Assembly: GCA_964604165.1 (NCBI GenBank)
Contig: CAZRYF010000016.1
Span: 5,229-69,228 of the forward strand
Length of the DNA stretch: 64,000 nucleotides
Direction: 5' to 3'
Source of the DNA: an uncultured Enterobacterales bacterium
GTDB lineage: Bacteria; Myxococcota_A; UBA796; CAJQPC01
In this document: positions 36,435 through 47,034 of the stretch, piece by piece
Position numbering within the stretch: the first letter of the stretch is position 1
Layout of the letters: each line of letters opens with the position of its first letter
Made by a program: the position numbers and the translations under genes
Notes under the pieces: generated by a model
What the model was told of the DNA's origin: nothing
The model's input: only the letters and a program-made list of their open reading frames with translations
Database searches by the model: none

Positions 36435-36941
36435 ATGCGCGTCCTTTCCCTTTTTCTGGTGTTTCTGTCCCTCTCCGGCTGCAGCTGGGAGCGACGGGTC
36501 AAGCACCTCTCCGATGCAGAGTTCAGCCACTACAGCGCCCTCAAGGTCTGGATGACCGAGGAGGAGCAGAAGGCCTTTCTCAAGTTCAAGGAATCACCTG
36601 CCCGGGACGCCTATCTCGTGGACCTGGGCCTCTGGGACCGGTACTACAAGCTCTCCGAGAGCCAGAGGGCCCAGTTGGAAACCGGCGAGGTAGAGCTGGG
36701 ATGGACCCGAGACATGGTGCTCATGGCCTGGGGGCAACCCCACGACATGCAGAAGCTCGTGGGCCGGCAGGCCAAGCGATCCGAGCGCCTCGTCTACCGG
36801 TTTGAGATGCACGAGGGTGGGGTGGTCTACGTGTGGCGGCCAGAGGCCAAGACTGACTACAAAGCCATCAAGCTCTTCCGCCAGGATGTCATCCTGGACG
36901 ACGACATCGTAAAGGAGCTGAACAAGCACGAGAGGTGGTAG
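36435..36941 (+). CDS. Lipoprotein (BamE/SmpA-OmlA-like motif)
   Basis: ATG at 36435 with AGGAG 5 nt upstream gives 'MRVLSLFLVFLSLSGC' (lipobox). 'ELGWTRDMVLMAWGQP' resembles the SmpA/OmlA fold motif. It is the last same-strand gene after the Bat genes. Confidence 0.55.
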   Translation: MRVLSLFLVFLSLSGCSWERRVKHLSDAEFSHYSALKVWMTEEEQKAFLKFKESPARDAYLVDLGLWDRYYKLSESQRAQLETGEVELGWTRDMVLMAWGQPHDMQKLVGRQAKRSERLVYRFEMHEGGVVYVWRPEAKTDYKAIKLFRQDVILDDDIVKELNKHERW

Positions 36942-36962
36942 GGAGGGGTTCTGTTCGCGGCA

Positions 36963-37864
36963 CTACTCGTCGCTCGGGGCGGGAATGGTTCGGCGGATCG
37001 GGTGGTCTTCAAGAAACTCGTCCATTTCCTCTTCGCTCAACCCATCCGGTATGCGAATCACCTCCAGCGATCCGTCTGGAAGTTCATCGACGAGCACATT
37101 TCCAGTGACTTCGTGGGAGGGGTGGCGGTTGGGTGATTCCACAAGTCCTCGGGTCAAGGTGATGGCGTGTTCGTCGTCGTCGGTGGCCACCAACAGCTCG
37201 ACCTCGGTGCCCTCGGGCCCCACACCAAATTCGATGAACTCGTGGGTGCTGAGGTCCGCGGTCGCCACTCCGTCGATCTCCAGGATGACGTCGCCGGTCT
37301 TTAGACCGTATTTCTCGGCGGGAGAGCCGGGGAAAACTCGTCCAATTCGAATGCCGTATTCGTCTTCTCGCAAAGAGATTCCGAGCCCGGCGGGCTTCCA
37401 GTCTGGTATCGAGAGCTGGACCTCGTGCTCGCCGTCCTGCACCACCTGGATCGTGACAAGGTCGCCCCAGATGGTCAACGCGCCATGCCGTCGCATGGCC
37501 TGCAGTGTGCACTCCCCAGCGTTGCCGTAGAGAAAGAAGTCACCTTCAGTGTCGACAAGCGTCCTGCGGCCACAGGTGGCTTGTACCCAAACGGTGTGCT
37601 CGGGCAGAATCGCGGCGTTGCGCACGCTTCCGTGGATGGCGCCCGCCCGGTCTTCGTTCACAGAAGGAGAGCGCAGGGTGGGCTGGGCAAGCGGTTTCGG
37701 GGTTCCTTGGCTTGCAGCGGTCACACCCGGGCCTCGATTCTTTCCATCTTTGTGCTCGCTCTCCTCCAAAGAGGGTGGGGGATGGGTGGGTGGGCTTGAC
37801 AGGAGCAGCCAACCACCCAAGGCAAGCACCAGAAAGCCCACCGCCCAATTCCGCCTGCGCTTGT

Positions 37865-37868
<4 letters not shown>
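36963..37868 (-). CDS. PDZ-domain envelope protein
   Basis: N-terminal anchor 'WAVGFLVLALGGWLLL'. PDZ domain 'GISLREDEYGIRIGRVFPGSPAEKYGLKTGDVILEIDGVATADL'. The start overlaps the stop of the upstream LamG gene by 4 nt. Confidence 0.7.
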
Positions 37869-38839
<971 letters not shown>

Positions 38840-38932
38840 GGAGTCGTCCTGGTGCCAGGGGAATGAGTCAACCTATCCCGCAATGTGGGGGGGGTCAGGC
38901 TATACTCCGGCGCCGCCGGAGGTTCTTTGCGA

Positions 38933-40357
38933 ATGATTCCCGCCTTTCTTTCCGTGTTCCTGGTCGCCTGTACAGACTACGGACTCAACGAGCGCAAGGA
39001 TGACAACTACATCCAGCCCAGCATTTCCGTTTCTCCTCCTTCCCTTGCATTTGCCCTTGCGACCCTGGAGGCTCCGGAAACCGATGTGTTCCAGGTCACA
39101 AATGTAGGCAGTGCCCTGCTGGAAATCGGAAGCATGACCCTGCTTGGTTCTGGCAACTTCAGCTTCACGGCCCCGGACTACTCGGCGGGCCTGGAGCCGG
39201 AAGAGAGCCTCGAGGTGGTGGTGGCGTACACCCCGGATGCCACGGGGGTGCAGGACGATGCCGCGATTTTCATAGAAAGCTCGGATCCCCACAACGACAT
39301 CATTCAGGTGCCCCTGGTGGGGCAGGTGGACATGCCCCTTGTGGTGATCTCCCCGAGCCCCCTGAACATGGGGCAGGTGGTGACGGACGAGTTTGGTGAA
39401 GACACGCTGTTTCTCACCAGTGCCGGGCAGGTGCCGGTCACCCTCAACCGGTGGGAGGTGTCCGGGGATGCGTTCAGCCTGGTGGAAGGGGACGCCTGGC
39501 CCATGACCTTGGAGCCCGGCGAGGAAACCACCCTGGAGGTGAGTTTTGCCCCCACGGAAGCAGGTTCGTTTTCAGAGACGTTTCAGGTTTACACCGAGTC
39601 ACCAGCCCCCGATGCCAGCGCACTTCTGCTGGGAGAGGGCCTCTCTGCCGAGCCCATCGCCGTGTGCAGTGCGAATCCGACCGAGGTGCATCCCGGCGAT
39701 TCTGCTACCTGGGTGGGAAGCAGCTCCTATGATGCGGCCGGCTACCACATCATCCAGTGGGACTGGAACCTGCTTTCGCGTCCCTCGGGCTCTACAGCTG
39801 GTTTCCCATCGGGTGCTTCCGCGGATCGGTCGGGTTTCGTGCCTGACCTTGCTGGGGAGTACCGGGCGCGTCTGATCGTGACCAACGAGCTGGGAATGGC
39901 GTCGGACCCCTGTGTGGCCACGCTGCTGGCGACGCCAGAGGAAGATCTCTGGATCCAGATGAGCTGGGCCCACGCAGGGGATGACATGGACCTGCACCTC
40001 TTGCGGCCCGGGGGCTCGCTGCGAACATCCAACGACTGCTACTACTCCAATTGCCGAAATGGGGGATTGGACTGGGGGTCGCCTGGCGTGACGGCGGACA
40101 ACCCGGTGCTTGATTTGGATGACATCGGTGGGACTGGGCCCGAGAACATCAACATCTCCAGCCCGGAGACGGGCACTTTCACCGTCTATGTGAACGACTA
40201 CCCGGGCAGCACCTACACGGCCGCCAACAACGTGACGGTCACCATCTTTGTGGGGGGCTACCAGGCGTGGACCGACACCCGCCCCATTTCTGGCGAGAGC
40301 GTGGACGAGGCCTTCGCCGAGATCGAGTGGCCCTCGGGCATTGTGACGGGCCTGTAG
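38933..40357 (+). CDS. Lipoprotein with Ig-like/PKD-like domains and DUF2135-like C-terminal domain
   Basis: ATG at 38933 gives 'MIPAFLSVFLVAC' (lipobox). Ig-like repeats carry 'F.V.N.G...L.I'. The C-terminal 'LWIQMSWAHAGDDMDLHLLRPGG...LDLDDIGGTGPENINI...GTFTVYVNDY' resembles DUF2135/YfaP-type domains (from memory). Confidence 0.6.
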   Translation: MIPAFLSVFLVACTDYGLNERKDDNYIQPSISVSPPSLAFALATLEAPETDVFQVTNVGSALLEIGSMTLLGSGNFSFTAPDYSAGLEPEESLEVVVAYTPDATGVQDDAAIFIESSDPHNDIIQVPLVGQVDMPLVVISPSPLNMGQVVTDEFGEDTLFLTSAGQVPVTLNRWEVSGDAFSLVEGDAWPMTLEPGEETTLEVSFAPTEAGSFSETFQVYTESPAPDASALLLGEGLSAEPIAVCSANPTEVHPGDSATWVGSSSYDAAGYHIIQWDWNLLSRPSGSTAGFPSGASADRSGFVPDLAGEYRARLIVTNELGMASDPCVATLLATPEEDLWIQMSWAHAGDDMDLHLLRPGGSLRTSNDCYYSNCRNGGLDWGSPGVTADNPVLDLDDIGGTGPENINISSPETGTFTVYVNDYPGSTYTAANNVTVTIFVGGYQAWTDTRPISGESVDEAFAEIEWPSGIVTGL

Positions 40358-40376
40358 AGCGGGTAGCGTCTCTCCT

Positions 40377-41975
40377 ATGAAGATCACCCTGATCAGTCCT
40401 TACCCGGACATCACCAACTACGGGCTGCGCATCTTGTCGGCGGTGCTTCGGGAGGCGGGCCACGACACCCAGGTGATCTGTCTGCCTGACTTTTCTGGAG
40501 ATGGGGAGATCGCCCACGTGGAGATGTGTCGGGATCGGTACACCCCGCGAACCGTAGAGAGGTTTCTGGAGCTGACCCGGGATTCGGACCTGGTGGGCAT
40601 CACCCTGATGACCCACTATTTCGACAGCGCTCTGCAGCTGACCCGGGCGCTGAAGGACCAGTCGGACACGCCGGTAATCTGGGGGGGGTTTCATCCCTCT
40701 GCCCGGCCCGACGAGTGTGCTGCCCACGCTGACTATGTGGCCGTGGGGGATGCAGAAGACTTGATTCTGTCCCTGGTGGACCACCTGGAGCGGGGGGAAC
40801 TGGACGATCTCTCGCACATTGCGGGGCTCACCTGGCGCAAGGGGGATGTGATCGTAAAGAACGGTGTGGGGGAGCTGGAACAGGAGTTGGACGCCTACCC
40901 CATTCCGGATTTCGGCCCTGAGGGACACCACGTGCTCTTTGAGGGGGAGGTTGTCCCGGTCACAGGCGACCTGCTCCGCCGTTATTTGCACAGCGGGACG
41001 GTCTCCCGCATGTTTGGAAGAACCGGCTACCAGACCATGACGGGGCGGGGCTGCCCCCACGCGTGCACCTACTGCGGCAACAGCTTCACCCGCGACCTGT
41101 ACAAGGGGCAGCGCTACGTGCGCTATCGCTCCGTGGAGCACGTCATCCGGGAGCTGGAGGACGTGAAAGAGCGCTACCCGTTTATCGACTTCTTCTGGTT
41201 CTCCGACGACTCCTTTTTCGGCCGCGATCTGCCGGACATGCTGCACTTTGCTGCGGAATACAAGCGCCGCATCGGGGACCCCTTCTACCTGTTGGGCAGC
41301 CCGGGCACGATCACCGAGGAGAAGTACGCAGCGCTGGTAGATGCCGGGCTCCACTGCATCCAGATGGGCATCGAGCACGGCAGCAAGCGCATCCAGAAGC
41401 TCATGCGGCGCTCCACGATGGGCAACGACAAGATCCTGGAGAGCGCTGAGATCATCGCCCGCTACGCGGATCGCACGGCCCCGCCCCAGTACGATGTGAT
41501 CTACGATCTGCCCTACGAGACGGTGCAGGACAAGATCGACACCCTGAAGCTCATCGCAAGGCTTCCAAAGCCCTACAAGCTCCAGGTGTTCAGCGTCATC
41601 TTCTACCCGGGCACCTCGCTCCACACCCTGGCGAGTCGGGATGGGTTGATCCACGACGAGCGGGCTGAAATCTACGACAAGATGTACTTCGAAAAGAACG
41701 ACAACTACCTGAACACGCTGCTGTACCTGGCGCGGTCCGGGCGGTTTCCACAGGGTTTGTTGAATTTGCTGATCGAGGAGCGGGTCGTGAAGACCATGAC
41801 CTCCGACTACATGCGGCCGGTGGCGGGGGTCTCCAAGCACTTCATTCGGGGGGTGCGCTCCTTGATGAACCACCCGACCCTTGCCCGGGCCCGGTCCATG
41901 GAGACCCTGCAAGCACGTTTTGAGGGAATGACCGGAGCCAACGCCGGGGCGGCGGCGCCCTGGGGCGTTTCATAG
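40377..41975 (+). CDS. B12-binding-domain radical SAM enzyme
   Basis: The N-terminal Rossmann-like 'MKITLISPYPD...LVGITLMTHY' is B12-binding-like. The radical SAM cluster motif is 'GRGCPHACTYCGNS' (CxxxCxxC). Confidence 0.85.
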   Translation: MKITLISPYPDITNYGLRILSAVLREAGHDTQVICLPDFSGDGEIAHVEMCRDRYTPRTVERFLELTRDSDLVGITLMTHYFDSALQLTRALKDQSDTPVIWGGFHPSARPDECAAHADYVAVGDAEDLILSLVDHLERGELDDLSHIAGLTWRKGDVIVKNGVGELEQELDAYPIPDFGPEGHHVLFEGEVVPVTGDLLRRYLHSGTVSRMFGRTGYQTMTGRGCPHACTYCGNSFTRDLYKGQRYVRYRSVEHVIRELEDVKERYPFIDFFWFSDDSFFGRDLPDMLHFAAEYKRRIGDPFYLLGSPGTITEEKYAALVDAGLHCIQMGIEHGSKRIQKLMRRSTMGNDKILESAEIIARYADRTAPPQYDVIYDLPYETVQDKIDTLKLIARLPKPYKLQVFSVIFYPGTSLHTLASRDGLIHDERAEIYDKMYFEKNDNYLNTLLYLARSGRFPQGLLNLLIEERVVKTMTSDYMRPVAGVSKHFIRGVRSLMNHPTLARARSMETLQARFEGMTGANAGAAAPWGVS

Positions 41976-42032
41976 CTCGCCTCGCTGGCGCACTTCGCGA
42001 CCTCGCGACCCAAGCCTGGCGAAAGATACGGG

Positions 42033-43373
42033 CTATCCCCACTCCGCCTCTCGGCGGTAGATGGTCCGCGCGGTGATGCCCAGCAAGCTGGCGGCGAGGG
42101 GCTTGTCCCCGCCACATGCCCGAAGGGTCTCCAGAATCACCTGGCGCTCGATTTCCTTGAGGGGGGTGCCCAAGGGAAAGACCAGGTTGCGGGGTGTGCC
42201 TCGGCCTTGGTGCAAGGTCGAAGGCAGTGTTTCCACGCTGATAAGTCCATCCCGGGACAGGACGACGGCCCGCTCCAGTATGTTCTCCAGCTCCCTGACA
42301 TTGCCGGGCCAGTCATGGTCGGCCAGCATTTCCATGGCGTCTGGAGTCAGCCCTTTCATGGATTTGTTGTTCTTTTTGGCGTACACCTCCAGGAAGTGCG
42401 TGGCCAGCAGAGGAATATCCTCCACCCGGTTTCGCAGGGGAGGCACGAAAAGTTGAATGACGTTCAGGCGGTAGAAGAGATCCTGGCGAAAGGTGCGCGC
42501 CTCCACCGCGGCCTCCACGTCCTGGTTGGTGGCGGAGACGATGCGGGCTTCAGACTTCAGCGTGCGCGTGCCGCCCACCCGCTCGTATTCCCCGTCCTGG
42601 AGCACACGAAGGAGCTTCACCTGTAGGGGCTGCGGCAGCTCGGTGACTTCGTCCAGAAAGAGGGTTCCCCCTTTCGCCAGGTCGAACCGCCCTTCCTTGC
42701 GTTGGGTCGCCCCCGTGAAGGCGCCCGCTTCATGCCCAAAGAGCTCTGACTCCAGCAGGTTCTCCGGAATGGCGCCGCAGTTCACGGTGATGAGGGGCCC
42801 TTCCGCGTGGCGGGAGCGGCGGTGGAGCCCTCGGGCAAGCAAGCCCTTGCCTGTCCCTGACTCCCCAACAAACATCACCGAGGCGTCGGATTGGGCCACC
42901 TGGGACAGCTCCTCCATGAGTCGGCGCATGGAGGGGGAGGAGCCAATGATCGCCTGCTCGGCATCCAATTGTTCTCGCAGAGCCCGGTTCTCCCTGAGAA
43001 GACCGCGGCGTTCCAGGGCGCGGCTGATGGCTGCCACCAGCTCCGTTCGACGAAGAGGCTTGGTCACGTAGTCCCAGGCCCCCTCTTTCATGGCGGCCAC
43101 GGCAGTCTCCACCGTGCCGAAGGCGGTCATGAGAATCACCTCGATGTCCGGGTGTGTGGCCTTCACTGCGCGCAAGAGCTCCAGACCATCCATGCCGGGC
43201 ATCTTGAGATCGGTGACCACGACGTCGGGTCGCATCTCCCGCACCCGCTCCAGGCCCTGGCGACCGTCTGCGGCCTGGGCCACTTCCCACCCCTCGCGCT
43301 GAAGAATCCGCTCCAGGGTCACCCGGTTGGATTCTTGATCATCGACCACAAGGACAAAAGGCATGCTTGACAT
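42033..43373 (-). CDS. Sigma-54-dependent response regulator (NtrC family)
   Basis: Receiver 'FVLVVDDQESN...VVVTDLKMPGMDG'. AAA+ module 'GESGTGKGLLARGLH', 'GAFTGA', 'ELFGHEAGAFTGA'. C-terminal Fis-type HTH 'AASLLGITARTIYRR'. Confidence 0.9.
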   Translation of the reverse strand: MSSMPFVLVVDDQESNRVTLERILQREGWEVAQAADGRQGLERVREMRPDVVVTDLKMPGMDGLELLRAVKATHPDIEVILMTAFGTVETAVAAMKEGAWDYVTKPLRRTELVAAISRALERRGLLRENRALREQLDAEQAIIGSSPSMRRLMEELSQVAQSDASVMFVGESGTGKGLLARGLHRRSRHAEGPLITVNCGAIPENLLESELFGHEAGAFTGATQRKEGRFDLAKGGTLFLDEVTELPQPLQVKLLRVLQDGEYERVGGTRTLKSEARIVSATNQDVEAAVEARTFRQDLFYRLNVIQLFVPPLRNRVEDIPLLATHFLEVYAKKNNKSMKGLTPDAMEMLADHDWPGNVRELENILERAVVLSRDGLISVETLPSTLHQGRGTPRNLVFPLGTPLKEIERQVILETLRACGGDKPLAASLLGITARTIYRREAEWG

Positions 43374-43416
43374 TCTGACACATGGGTTGTCAGGATGTCA
43401 CCTCGCTGACAACTGG

Positions 43417-44949
43417 TCACACGGGAAGGGTCAGCACCACTTCTGTGCCTGCAGAGGTGGATTCCACGGAGATGTTGCCTCCGTGGGCTTCCATGATCTG
43501 CCGGGTGATGGCCAAGCCTAAGCCTGTGCCGCTGGCCTTGGTGGAGAAGAAGGGATCCAGTGCCCGTCTCAGCTCCTCCGGGGTCATTCCGGGACCGTCA
43601 TCGGCCACTGCAATGCGCAGTTCGCCGTTTTGCCTGGAGACCCCCAAGTGCACCTGCTGGGCCCCGGCTTCCACGGCGTTTCGCAGGACATTGAGCAGCG
43701 CCCCTCGCACCTGGTGGCCATCCATGTCCACGTCTCCCAGCGCTTCTTCTGAGAGAGCCAGGGAGACGCCGGCCCGGCGAAGTTCCTCCTCCAAGAGTCT
43801 TGCGACGCCCCGGGCCAATTCCAGGGGATCCTCCGGCTCCAGGACAAGCTCAGGGTGGCGGGTGAGGGCGAGGTAGTGCTCTGTGACCCGCTCCAGGTGG
43901 GTGATTCCCTCGCTCATGGTGGCCAGAATGGCTTCTGTCTCCGGCACGCGTTCGGCGGGCAGCGCGGAGATCTCCTCTCGCAACAGCTCGGCGTTCAAGG
44001 AGAGGGCGTTCAGCGGGTTCCGCACCTCGTGGGTGATCTGGGCCAGCATTTGGCCCACCAGGGCAAGGCGCTCGGAGCGGGCAATACGCTCCCGGTCGGC
44101 GAGGCGCTGGGCCTCGGCGCGGGCAGCCTCTTCTCCGCGTTGTTGCAGGGCCAAAGCCATGGCGTTGGTTTCTTCCGCGAGAATTCCCAGCTCATCCCGC
44201 CGCCCCACTGGCAGGCGCACGTCGTAGTCTCCCCCGGCAATGCGCTGTACGCCGCGGGTCAGAGCGACAATAGGGCGCAGGGCAAGCACGGAGAAGGCCA
44301 GCATGGCCATGCCGAGCACCAGGGCACCCAAGGCCATGCCCCCACTGAAGACCACGGCCCGGCGCTGGGCCTGGGCGGTGCGCTGGTAGACCCGTCGAAT
44401 GGACTCGTCCACGCGGGAAGAGAACAGCTCGATTTCGGTCTCCAGGTTGGACTGGGCGTTGAGAAGGTCTCCTTCCAGTTCGGTGGCCAGATCCGACTGC
44501 CCGGACTCTACAAGATCCAGGAATCCGGTTCCGATTTCCGCGTACTCTGCGTGGGTCATTCGGATGATCTCAAGCCGGCCCCGGATGGAGGTCAGCACGG
44601 CGCGCTCCTGGGCACGGGAGGTCTGGGGAACCGCGCGATCCACAATGGAGACCCCCCGATCCACGGCCTCTCTGACCCGCTCGGCGTAGAGGGCTGCAGG
44701 CCAGGCTTTGCGGGGGATTTCCAGGGCGTCCAGGCGGGAGAGGCGGGTCAGGTCGGTCTCCAGGCGGGCCTGGAAGGACTCCAGCTTGGCGGCGGTGCGG
44801 GCCAGGGGCAGGTAGCCCACGTCGATGACCGTGAGCTCATCTCCCAGGGAGCGCAGCCGGGCGAGCCCCATGCCGAGCGCCAGCACGAACACGAGGAAGG
44901 AAACCAGAAACGCTCCGAGAATTCGAGCGCGAAGGGAAAGACGCCTCAC
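43417..44949 (-). CDS. Sensor histidine kinase (TM-sensor-HAMP-HisKA-HATPase)
   Basis: HAMP 'LRPIVALTRGVQRIAGGDYDVRL', H-box 'ITHEVRNPLNAL', G-boxes 'DDGPGM' and 'GTGLGLAI'. Sits 43 nt upstream of the NtrC-type regulator. Confidence 0.85.
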   Translation of the reverse strand: MRRLSLRARILGAFLVSFLVFVLALGMGLARLRSLGDELTVIDVGYLPLARTAAKLESFQARLETDLTRLSRLDALEIPRKAWPAALYAERVREAVDRGVSIVDRAVPQTSRAQERAVLTSIRGRLEIIRMTHAEYAEIGTGFLDLVESGQSDLATELEGDLLNAQSNLETEIELFSSRVDESIRRVYQRTAQAQRRAVVFSGGMALGALVLGMAMLAFSVLALRPIVALTRGVQRIAGGDYDVRLPVGRRDELGILAEETNAMALALQQRGEEAARAEAQRLADRERIARSERLALVGQMLAQITHEVRNPLNALSLNAELLREEISALPAERVPETEAILATMSEGITHLERVTEHYLALTRHPELVLEPEDPLELARGVARLLEEELRRAGVSLALSEEALGDVDMDGHQVRGALLNVLRNAVEAGAQQVHLGVSRQNGELRIAVADDGPGMTPEELRRALDPFFSTKASGTGLGLAITRQIMEAHGGNISVESTSAGTEVVLTLPV

Positions 44950-45039
44950 AACGGAATCCTAGCCCATCGTCGAGCGCCACGCGATTGATGCCCTTCATTG
45001 CCCGTGATAGGTCCGGCTGTCTGATCGATGGAGGACCTG

Positions 45040-46095
45040 ATGCGCAAAGACTTTTTTTCCCTCTCCCTGCTCGCCCTTGTGGGGTGTGGCGGTGGTTCAG
45101 GCACAGCCACGGAGACCCCTTCTGGCACGGCCGCCTCCGAAGCGACTGAGGCCGCCTCTGGGGCAACAACCCTCTCAGACGAAGAAGCTGGCGAAGCCGT
45201 GGCTACGGTCGGGGGAATGGCCATTTCTTCCCGTGATTTTCAGCAAGCCGCTGCTCGACGCCAGCCCCCGGGAGAAGACGAGGCAGCCAACGGAAAGCAG
45301 GAGGTGCTCGATCGCCTGGTGGCGGAGAAGCTCCTCTACCTCAAGGCGGTGGAGTTGGGCCTGGACCGGGATCCCAAGGTGCAGAAGGTGATGATCAACA
45401 CCCTGCTTCGGGATCAGGTCTACTCGACGGTCAAGAACGCTGACTTCCCTGAGACCGAGCTCCAGGCCTACTACGACTCCCACAAGGAGGACTTCGTGAT
45501 TCCCGCCAAGGTCCAGGTGAAGCGCGTGCTGATCCGGGTCACACCGGATCGGGACGATGCTGCCGCCAAGGCAGAAGCCCAGCGTCTTCGCGGAGAGGTC
45601 AAGGGGGACTTGGAGTCCTTCCGGGACATCGCAAGCGAGAGCTCGGAAGGGCCCTATAAGCGCCGGGGCGGGGACATTGGCTTTGTGGCCAAGGAAGGCA
45701 AGCCAGGCTTGGATCCCGCCATTGTGGAGCAGGCCTTCAACTTGGAGGTGGACACGCTCTCGGAGGTGTTCAAAACCCGCGAGGGCTACAACTTCATCAC
45801 CGTGGCCAAGCGCCGGGACCGGGTGGAGCGAAGCTTTCAGCAGGTGAAGGGCGCGGTCCTTCGCAAGCTCAAGAACGAGAAGCTCAAGGACCTCTATGAT
45901 TCCTACGTGGAAGGCCTGCGGGATGGTGCTGACGTCCAGGTAAACGACGGCGTGTTGGAGACCTTGGAGCTGGCACCTGCGATTCGGGGTGCCCACCCCA
46001 TGCTGGAAGGCATGGAGGGTGCCATGCCAGGCATGCCCAAGGCGCCTTCTCCCAAGCTTGAGCGCAAGCGTCCGCCCACCGCTGGCGACAAGTAG
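45040..46095 (+). CDS. Lipoprotein peptidyl-prolyl isomerase (parvulin/SurA-PpiD-like)
   Basis: ATG at 45040 with GGAGG 5 nt upstream gives 'MRKDFFSLSLLALVGC' (lipobox). Parvulin core 'GGDIGFVAKEGKPGLDPAIVEQAF...EVFKTREGYNFITV'. Confidence 0.75.
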   Translation: MRKDFFSLSLLALVGCGGGSGTATETPSGTAASEATEAASGATTLSDEEAGEAVATVGGMAISSRDFQQAAARRQPPGEDEAANGKQEVLDRLVAEKLLYLKAVELGLDRDPKVQKVMINTLLRDQVYSTVKNADFPETELQAYYDSHKEDFVIPAKVQVKRVLIRVTPDRDDAAAKAEAQRLRGEVKGDLESFRDIASESSEGPYKRRGGDIGFVAKEGKPGLDPAIVEQAFNLEVDTLSEVFKTREGYNFITVAKRRDRVERSFQQVKGAVLRKLKNEKLKDLYDSYVEGLRDGADVQVNDGVLETLELAPAIRGAHPMLEGMEGAMPGMPKAPSPKLERKRPPTAGDK

Positions 46096-46101
46096 ACAGC
46101 G

Positions 46102-47034
46102 GTGTTGTCCACCGCACTTTGGCTTGTGTGCCTCTTCCCTGCCCGGGGAGAGGTGGTCGATCGCATTGCCGCCGTGGTGGAGAAGGACGTGATCACCCTC
46201 TCAGAGGTCTACGCCCTGGGGGGGGAGTTCATTGAGAGTGCCGCCCAAGGGAGTGGCATGGATGATCACGCTCGCCGAGCTGCCGAGCTGGAAGTCTTGG
46301 AGGAGCTGGTGCAGCGCGCCCTGGTGGCCAGGGAGATCGAGGACCTGGGCCTGCTGGTCACCTCCGAAGAGATTGACCGGGCCATTGATGACATTGCCCA
46401 GAGCAACGGCGTGGATCGAGCCCGTCTCAAAGTGGAGGTAGAGCGCTCGGGGCTGGAGTGGGGAAACTACCGCCACGAGTTGGAGCAGGAGCTGCGAAAG
46501 CTCAAGTTTGACCAGGTGGTGATTCAGCCTCGGATCTCTGTTGCGGAAGACGAAGTCCTCGACTTGTACAACCGGCAGGTTCGAAATGCGGACGGTCCAA
46601 CCCGACGCACCATCCAGAGCATTCTGTTGCGGGAGTCCGCAGGACCCGAAGCGGTGGAGCGTCTCGCCGCGGCCAAGGCAAGACTTGCTGGTTCGGAGAG
46701 CTGGGCGGCACTCGTCGCGGAGTTTCCGGAGAGCCCCTATGCCTCCTTGGGAGGGGAGATGGGGGTGTTTTCTGCGGGGGAGCTGATGGAGGCTCTGGAC
46801 GGGCCGGCCTTTGCTCTTGCAGTGGGCGAGACCAGCGACCCGATCGTCGTTCCGGGTGTAGGCACCTTTCTTTTGCGGGTCGACTCGGTGATCTCCGCGG
46901 AACCTCCTGGTCTTGAGAGCGTGCGCAGCGAGCTGGAAGGGATGCTCGTGCAGGAAAAGGTGGCCCAGGAAACCCAGATCTGGTTGGCCCAGGCCCGGCG
47001 CCGGGTCACGGTGGATATCAAGCTGGCCCCATGA
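46102..47034 (+). CDS. SurA-like periplasmic chaperone/PPIase
   Basis: SurA_N-like 'VVDRIAAVVEKDVITLSEV...', parvulin 'GGEMGVFSAGELMEALDGPAFAL..GETSDPIVVPGVGTFLLRV'. Immediately upstream of pdxA, as in the classical surA-pdxA linkage. Confidence 0.75.
   Translation: MLSTALWLVCLFPARGEVVDRIAAVVEKDVITLSEVYALGGEFIESAAQGSGMDDHARRAAELEVLEELVQRALVAREIEDLGLLVTSEEIDRAIDDIAQSNGVDRARLKVEVERSGLEWGNYRHELEQELRKLKFDQVVIQPRISVAEDEVLDLYNRQVRNADGPTRRTIQSILLRESAGPEAVERLAAAKARLAGSESWAALVAEFPESPYASLGGEMGVFSAGELMEALDGPAFALAVGETSDPIVVPGVGTFLLRVDSVISAEPPGLESVRSELEGMLVQEKVAQETQIWLAQARRRVTVDIKLAP

Noticed and set aside
44950-45039. Search for a sigma-54 promoter (TGGCAC-N5-TTGC) near the NtrC-type regulator/kinase pair and upstream of the ExbB-like gene.
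   Set aside because: No match with correctly spaced GG/GC dinucleotides was found in these spacers. The regulator's target is probably outside the inspected intergenic regions.
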